Assembly: GCA_042217555.1 (NCBI GenBank)
Contig: JBDGSL010000002.1
Coordinates: 1-64,000 of the forward strand
Origin: Candidatus Nanohalobium sp.
GTDB taxonomy: Archaea; Nanohalarchaeota; Nanosalinia; Nanosalinales; Nanosalinaceae
Reading direction: 5' to 3'
DNA length: 64,000 nt
The notes beneath the pieces are model-generated. The model saw only the letters and a program-made list of their open reading frames with translations, was not told where the DNA came from and made no database searches. The first letter of the stretch is position 1. Every line of letters begins with the position of its first letter. Below, piece by piece: positions 58,980-64,000 of this stretch. The translations under genes were made by a program, and so were the position numbers.

Positions 58980-59501
58980 ATGGGAGATAGACCTGCAAGT
59001 ATCTACAGGGAGCAGCCGAATCAGCCGTATACCCGGCAGAGTCAGAAGAAGAGCGACAACTTCATCAAGGGGGCGCCGGCTCCAAGGATCACCCAGTACG
59101 AACAGGGTGCGAAGGATGAAGAGTTCGGTAAAACAGTGAAGATGATTGTTGAGGAGGACTGTTCTATCCGTTCCGAAGCCCTGGAAGCAGGAAGGGTAGC
59201 TATAAACTCATACCTGTCAAAGGAACTGGATCCGGAGGAGGATTACTTCTTCAAGATACTACCTTACCCTCACCATGTGCTGCGTTACCACCCGCTGGCC
59301 GGAGTAGCTCAGGCAGACCGTTACTACGAAGGAATGCGCAAACCTTTCGGACGTCCTATCGGACGTGCAGCTATCATAGACAACGGTCAGAAAGTCTACG
59401 AGGTTTACGTGGATGAAGGCGATGTTCAGGAGGCAAGGAAGGCCCTGGAACGTGCCAACCACAAGATGCCTGTGAAATGCAGGGTTAAACTTGAGCAGTA
59501 A
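58980..59501 (+). CDS. rpl10e: 50S ribosomal protein uL16 (L10e)
   Basis: RPASIYR, PYTR, ALEAGRV, YPHHVLR, ADR..GMRKPFGRP. Confidence 0.97.
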   Translation: MGDRPASIYREQPNQPYTRQSQKKSDNFIKGAPAPRITQYEQGAKDEEFGKTVKMIVEEDCSIRSEALEAGRVAINSYLSKELDPEEDYFFKILPYPHHVLRYHPLAGVAQADRYYEGMRKPFGRPIGRAAIIDNGQKVYEVYVDEGDVQEARKALERANHKMPVKCRVKLEQ

Positions 59502-59575
59502 ACACTGCTTCTACCCACTTTCTCCCTGTCTTCACTCCATCAGTTATTAATTCTCTGAGTGTCCAAACTGTTTCC

Positions 59576-60988
59576 ATGGTTCAGTGGAAGGGAAGTATCG
59601 AAAGATCTGAGGTTGGTGACAAGGCGGTCAAACTGGATTCAGTGGAAGGCCTTGACGTACCTAACTTTTTCGTCCTCACACGGTCGGAGGTAGACAGTTT
59701 TGTAGACTCTGAAGATCCGAGAAGAGTGGCTAACGTAAACATCCCTGACGAGGTCATGGAGGAAGTAAGAGATGCGTACGGAGATATAGGCATGAGTTCA
59801 GAGGTCAGAAATGCTTCAGGAGAGGCACGTAACCTTGTAGGCAACCAGAGGGAAAGCCAGAGAGTCTCGGTCCGGATCGCATCTACAGCCAACAGAGCAG
59901 AATACAGTTTAAACATCGGGGCTTCAGGCCTTGAAGAGGCTTTAAGAACTGTTCTAAGCTCTTACTATCGACATAACTCCAATACTCCGTCCGTAATATT
60001 CCAGAAGATGATAGAGCCTGAGTACACCGGAGCAGTAGTAAAGGACTACACCCGGCGTCACACTCTTGTAGAACTGGTTGAAGGCCTGGGCCATTCCCTG
60101 GAAGAAGGAACTACCGTGCCCGAGTTCTACCTGGAAAGAAACGGCTCTGTCACCGACAGAAGAGTACCGGAAAAACAGGTGAAGATCTCACGCAACCCGA
60201 TGAACGGCAACAGAAGAACAAGAAAGATCTCAAAAGACGGCCAATCATTTAAAGACAGCAAAATAGAGAGTATAACGCGGAAAGCATCCCGTGAAGACCT
60301 ATCTCTCAAGTTCGCATACAAGAGAGGAACTTTCTACATAGTCGACGCCTTCAGAACACGTCCACTCAACACAGAGCCCGACCTGGAAGCACTGAAGGTC
60401 TCACAGGGAGAGATAGAAGGCAGAGAAGGAGAAGATTACAGGATAGTTGACGAACCAGAGGAAACAGAAAAACCTTTCATCTCACGTAAAGGAGGATTCA
60501 CCTCCACAGCATCCCAGATCAAACGCATGGAAAACACTCCGGCCGTTGTATCACTTCTCAACAGAGAAAAGATACAGGGACAGGAAGTACAGGAACAAAA
60601 AGAACAGACAATGGACAAAAAAAGACAGGAAGACATGGGAGTACAGAGCGTGGCCGCAACAAAAGTCAGAGACAGGAAACAGTTCCCACAGCTCTCCGAC
60701 AACCCTTTCGGCAGGAGAGAAGAACCGGCCAAAACCTGCGAAGAACTTCTCGTGGACAGACCCGAGATACTGGACGCGTCAGAGATAGATCCGGAGGCAC
60801 TGAATACCTGCCTGGAACACGTCAAGCCACGTGTAATAGCATCTGACCGGCCATCAGAACAGCTAATACAGTCAATAGTTGAACACGGCATACCTGTCCT
60901 TGCCGTTCCCGGGGAAGAAGTTGACAGAGCCAGGAAAGAAGTGATGAGATGGGAGAAAAGATTCATGATGGATAAACTCAGGGACTAA
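59576..60988 (+). CDS. Degenerate PEP synthase / pyruvate-phosphate dikinase-like protein
   Basis: VGDKA..L, VPNFFV, VSVR, FQKMI, EGLG..L..G, TRP, GGFTST. Confidence 0.75.
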   Translation: MVQWKGSIERSEVGDKAVKLDSVEGLDVPNFFVLTRSEVDSFVDSEDPRRVANVNIPDEVMEEVRDAYGDIGMSSEVRNASGEARNLVGNQRESQRVSVRIASTANRAEYSLNIGASGLEEALRTVLSSYYRHNSNTPSVIFQKMIEPEYTGAVVKDYTRRHTLVELVEGLGHSLEEGTTVPEFYLERNGSVTDRRVPEKQVKISRNPMNGNRRTRKISKDGQSFKDSKIESITRKASREDLSLKFAYKRGTFYIVDAFRTRPLNTEPDLEALKVSQGEIEGREGEDYRIVDEPEETEKPFISRKGGFTSTASQIKRMENTPAVVSLLNREKIQGQEVQEQKEQTMDKKRQEDMGVQSVAATKVRDRKQFPQLSDNPFGRREEPAKTCEELLVDRPEILDASEIDPEALNTCLEHVKPRVIASDRPSEQLIQSIVEHGIPVLAVPGEEVDRARKEVMRWEKRFMMDKLRD

Positions 60989-61014
60989 AAAGAATTCCTG
61001 AGTCATCAAAATCC

Positions 61015-62013
61015 ATGACACAACAGGAAACCCGGGACACGTGGAACTACGAAGAGTTCGACGAAGTCCTCGAAGAGATAAAAGACAAAGACTACGAAAC
61101 CATTGGTCTTCAGGGCCCTGACGGTATCAAGCCGCAGATAGTTGACTATGCGGACCAGCTGGAAGAACACGGTTTTGACACGGTTATAATAGGAGCCTCC
61201 ACGTTTGGAGCTTGCGGTATCGCCGATGAAAAAGCTGAGAGAATGGGTGCAGATGCTCTGATACATGTAGGACATACCAGGTTTCTGCATCCGGAAGGAA
61301 AGGACATGGACGACCTGAACGTCTACTACCTTCCGTACAGAGAGGACAGAGACCTGATGAGTGTTCTGAAAGAGCACTATGAGGAGATCGAGGCAGACAC
61401 TGTCGGTCTTGTAGGTGTGACGCAGTACATGGACCGTGCGGAGAAGGCTCGCGAGTTCCTGGAAGACAAGGGATATGATGTGGTCGAGGGTAAGACCGGT
61501 CTCAGGACGACCGAGCCTGGGCAGGTGCTCGGTTGTGACGCCGGGGCCGCACACAACATCGCTGAGAAAGTCGACGCGTTCGTCTTCTTAGGTTCAGGGC
61601 ACTTCCATCCTTCGCAGGTTTCCGAGACCGGGAAGAAGGTTTACGTGGTGGATCCTTACGAGGAGCATATCTGGGTTGAACCTGCTAACAGTCTTGGAGA
61701 CGAGAAACAGGCTGAGCACGCACGTGTCATCAAGCACAAGGACAAGAAGAAGTGGGGTATCGTCACCTCGAGCAAGAAAGGACAGAACTACATGAGAGCA
61801 GTCCAGATAGCCAAGGAAAAACTGGAGAGGCACGGTAAAGACGTGTACGTCTTCGTCGAGGACCGTATCTTCGAGTCGGATTACAAAGGCTACGGTATTG
61901 ACATCTACGTCAACTGTGCCTGCCCAAGAATGACCAAGGACTGGCAGGACCTTTCTTTCGTCTCTCCCGGCGCACTGGACGTCCTGGACGAGGTAGAGAT
62001 AGAACACGGATAG
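61015..62013 (+). CDS. dph2: Diphthamide biosynthesis enzyme Dph2
   Basis: LQGPDG, FGAC, HVGH, GQVLGC, G.FHP, ACPR (three cluster Cys). Confidence 0.95.
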   Translation: MTQQETRDTWNYEEFDEVLEEIKDKDYETIGLQGPDGIKPQIVDYADQLEEHGFDTVIIGASTFGACGIADEKAERMGADALIHVGHTRFLHPEGKDMDDLNVYYLPYREDRDLMSVLKEHYEEIEADTVGLVGVTQYMDRAEKAREFLEDKGYDVVEGKTGLRTTEPGQVLGCDAGAAHNIAEKVDAFVFLGSGHFHPSQVSETGKKVYVVDPYEEHIWVEPANSLGDEKQAEHARVIKHKDKKKWGIVTSSKKGQNYMRAVQIAKEKLERHGKDVYVFVEDRIFESDYKGYGIDIYVNCACPRMTKDWQDLSFVSPGALDVLDEVEIEHG

Positions 62014-62200
62014 ATATTCTGGTACAATAGCCTGTAGGACATGGTTTTTCTGGATGGAAACCTTGTACCGGTGTGGAATGTCAAGAGCTACTTGAAACCG
62101 GTTTTTCCCTGCTGTTTCCCAGCTCTCGGCTTTTTCCTATAGTTGCTGCGCTCTCGGCCGGATTATTCTGCTAAGTATGACGATAGTGCAGAACAGATGA

Positions 62201-63415
62201 CTAATTCCAGTAACTTTTCTCCAGAAGCTTCTTCCGGTCCTCAAACTCTTCCTTGTTCTTTATCATCTTCTTGAGTTCTTCCTGGCCTTTCGTGTAGCCT
62301 ATCATCACCGCGCCGACAAGTCTGTCTCCGTCGAAGAACAGTCTGCGGTACTCTTCATCGCTGTACTTCTCTGAGACAGGTTCTCCGTTCCAGTTGCCTA
62401 TGGCCAGGAACTGGACGTCGAAGTGGCCTACACCGTAGGTATTCACGTAGTCAAAAACCTTTTTCTCATCCTGTTCTGCAGTCAGCATGTTTTTCGCTGC
62501 ACATTCTCCCATCGCCTCGCTGTTGTCCCAGGAGCCGTTGACGGTACGACGCTCGAAGACGGGTGAATAGTACTCTACCATGTTCCCGGCGGCGTACACA
62601 TCCTTTTCAGATGTCTGGAGATGCTCGTCGGTTTTTATCATGTCTTTATCGTTTTTTTCCACGTCAATAAACCTTGAGTTAGGAGTCTGGCCAATCGCGG
62701 CCGCTACAGCGTCACATTCTACCTCCTCTCCGGAGTCAAGTACGGCTGCAGAAACTTTTCCATCTTCTACCTGGAAATCAACTGCTTCAGACTCAGTCAT
62801 GACTTCGACACCTTTCTCCTCAAGCTTCCTGTGGATTATCTCCGCTCCTTCCCTGTCAAGGCCGCGTCTCCACCAGTTCTCTCCTCTGATCAGGTAGTAT
62901 GTCTCACAGTCATGCTCGGCGTACGCAACTGCCAAATCAATTCCCAGCAGACCCCCGCCGATAACAACAGCCCTCTCAGAGCTTTCTGCAGACTTCTGTA
63001 CTTCTTCGGCGTCCTCCATAGTCCACATGTAGTTAACGTTGCCGTAACCTTCATCGAACGGAAGTTCACGTGGAGAACCTCCTGTAGCCACCAGTAAACG
63101 GCTGTAAGAAAACGTTTCGCCCTCACCTGTCTCCATACTTTTTTCCTCTGTATCCACGTCCACGACCCGGGTCTCCAGGTACAGGTCAATATCCCTTTTA
63201 TCGTACCAGTCCCTGTCGTGAACACGGGTAAACTTCTTCGGCAGATTTCCCTTCATAAAGTTCTTCAACATGATACGGTTGTACAGAGGCTCTGACTCAT
63301 CCGTCAAAACAACAACCTCTGCATCCTCATCTTCCTCCCTGATCTCTTGAGCTGCCGTCGCCCCGGCCACACCATCACCGATAACCACAAATTTCTCCTC
63401 AGACATGTAAAACAC
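62201..63415 (-). CDS. NAD(P)/FAD-dependent oxidoreductase (ferredoxin/rubredoxin reductase-like; likely start 63406)
   Basis: VIGDGVAG, YNRIML, VATGG, VIGGGLLG, VYAAG. Confidence 0.93.
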   Translation of the reverse strand: MFYMSEEKFVVIGDGVAGATAAQEIREEDEDAEVVVLTDESEPLYNRIMLKNFMKGNLPKKFTRVHDRDWYDKRDIDLYLETRVVDVDTEEKSMETGEGETFSYSRLLVATGGSPRELPFDEGYGNVNYMWTMEDAEEVQKSAESSERAVVIGGGLLGIDLAVAYAEHDCETYYLIRGENWWRRGLDREGAEIIHRKLEEKGVEVMTESEAVDFQVEDGKVSAAVLDSGEEVECDAVAAAIGQTPNSRFIDVEKNDKDMIKTDEHLQTSEKDVYAAGNMVEYYSPVFERRTVNGSWDNSEAMGECAAKNMLTAEQDEKKVFDYVNTYGVGHFDVQFLAIGNWNGEPVSEKYSDEEYRRLFFDGDRLVGAVMIGYTKGQEELKKMIKNKEEFEDRKKLLEKSYWN

Positions 63416-63539
63416 AACAGAAACCCAGCTTTAAACAATCTACAGACATGTACAAAAAACCATCACTCGCCAACAAAAACCCCTCCCTTTTGGTTTAAAA
63501 AAATTCCTGGGCAACCCAGTTCATACCGGAGATACCAAA

Positions 63540-63647
63540 GCGGAGCTGGTGTAGTCTGGCCCATCATTTCACCCTGTCAACCACATTAACTTTCGGGTTT
63601 TGTGGGCGGCATCGGTGAAGACCCGGGTTCAAATCCCGGGCTCCGCG
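63540..63647 (+). tRNA. tRNA-Asp (GTC) with a 33-nt intron at 37/38 (63580-63612)
   Basis: Acceptor GCGGAGC/GCTCCGC, anticodon arm TCACC-CTGTCA[intron]C-GGTGA, CCGGG-TTCAAAT-CCCGG. Confidence 0.92.
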
Positions 63648-63697
63648 CTCTTTCGTTGCTTTTGGATTCATAAATTCAACTCACTAAATCTTCTTTT

Positions 63698-64000
63698 ATG
63701 AACAGTTATATCGAAGAGTTCGAAGAAAAGGATAGGGAGAAGAACTCGGATCTGATTGTATCTATCTGTGGTCCTTCTGGTGCGGGAAAAGGAACTCTTG
63801 GAAGGTTTGTTGCTGATGAACTGGAGGTGTCTTTTTACTCTGCAGGTGATTTTTTCAGGCAGATTGCCGATGAGAAAGGCATGAGTGTTGAAGAGCTTTC
63901 TGAAGAGGCCGACAGGGAGACTGATGTGGAAGTGGATCGGAGGACGCTTGAGAAAGGCCTGAACCAAAACTGTGTGATCGAGTCACGTATATCTGCATGG
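63698..64000 (+). CDS. cmk: Archaeal cytidylate kinase, 5' part (runs off the window)
   Basis: Manual translation: ISICGPSGAGKGT, SAGDFFRQIADEKGMS, DVEVDRR, VIESRISAW. Confidence 0.9.
   Translation, partial: MNSYIEEFEEKDREKNSDLIVSICGPSGAGKGTLGRFVADELEVSFYSAGDFFRQIADEKGMSVEELSEEADRETDVEVDRRTLEKGLNQNCVIESRISAW

Noticed and set aside
63668..63967. 99-aa minus-strand ORF and the many other Ser/Phe-rich antisense ORFs in the track
   Set aside because: Antisense shadows of Glu/Lys-rich real genes, here cmk.

Overview
Archaeal chromosome segment with acidic, Glu-rich proteins and uL16/L10e, NAC, aMBF1, AglB and Dph2 genes. A halophilic DPANN/Nanohaloarchaeota-like host is my inference. The window opens in an intein-interrupted orc1/cdc6 gene next to an ORB-bearing replication origin (361-783). 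About 0.9-37 kb is a variable island for cell-surface glycan synthesis and modification: GT4/GT2 glycosyltransferases, a flippase, acetyl- and formyltransferases, ten soluble alkaline-phosphatase/sulfatase-fold proteins and a CysD-like enzyme. It is interleaved with AAA+ ATPase-nucleases, about eight partly decayed toxin-antitoxin modules, a tnpB element and two ORF-less IS200/IS605-type elements. From about 37 kb the genes are mostly housekeeping, with tRNA-Ser and an intron-containing tRNA-Asp. Two candidates for undescribed systems stand out. (1) A shared C-terminal LxxLGY(M) tail links unrelated proteins of a putative glycan-sulfation pathway. (2) A 514-bp ORF-less, hairpin-rich mobile element keeps a TnpB omega-RNA scaffold and is inserted precisely in a HEPN toxin gene. 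All calls are by eye from motifs; no database searches were run.
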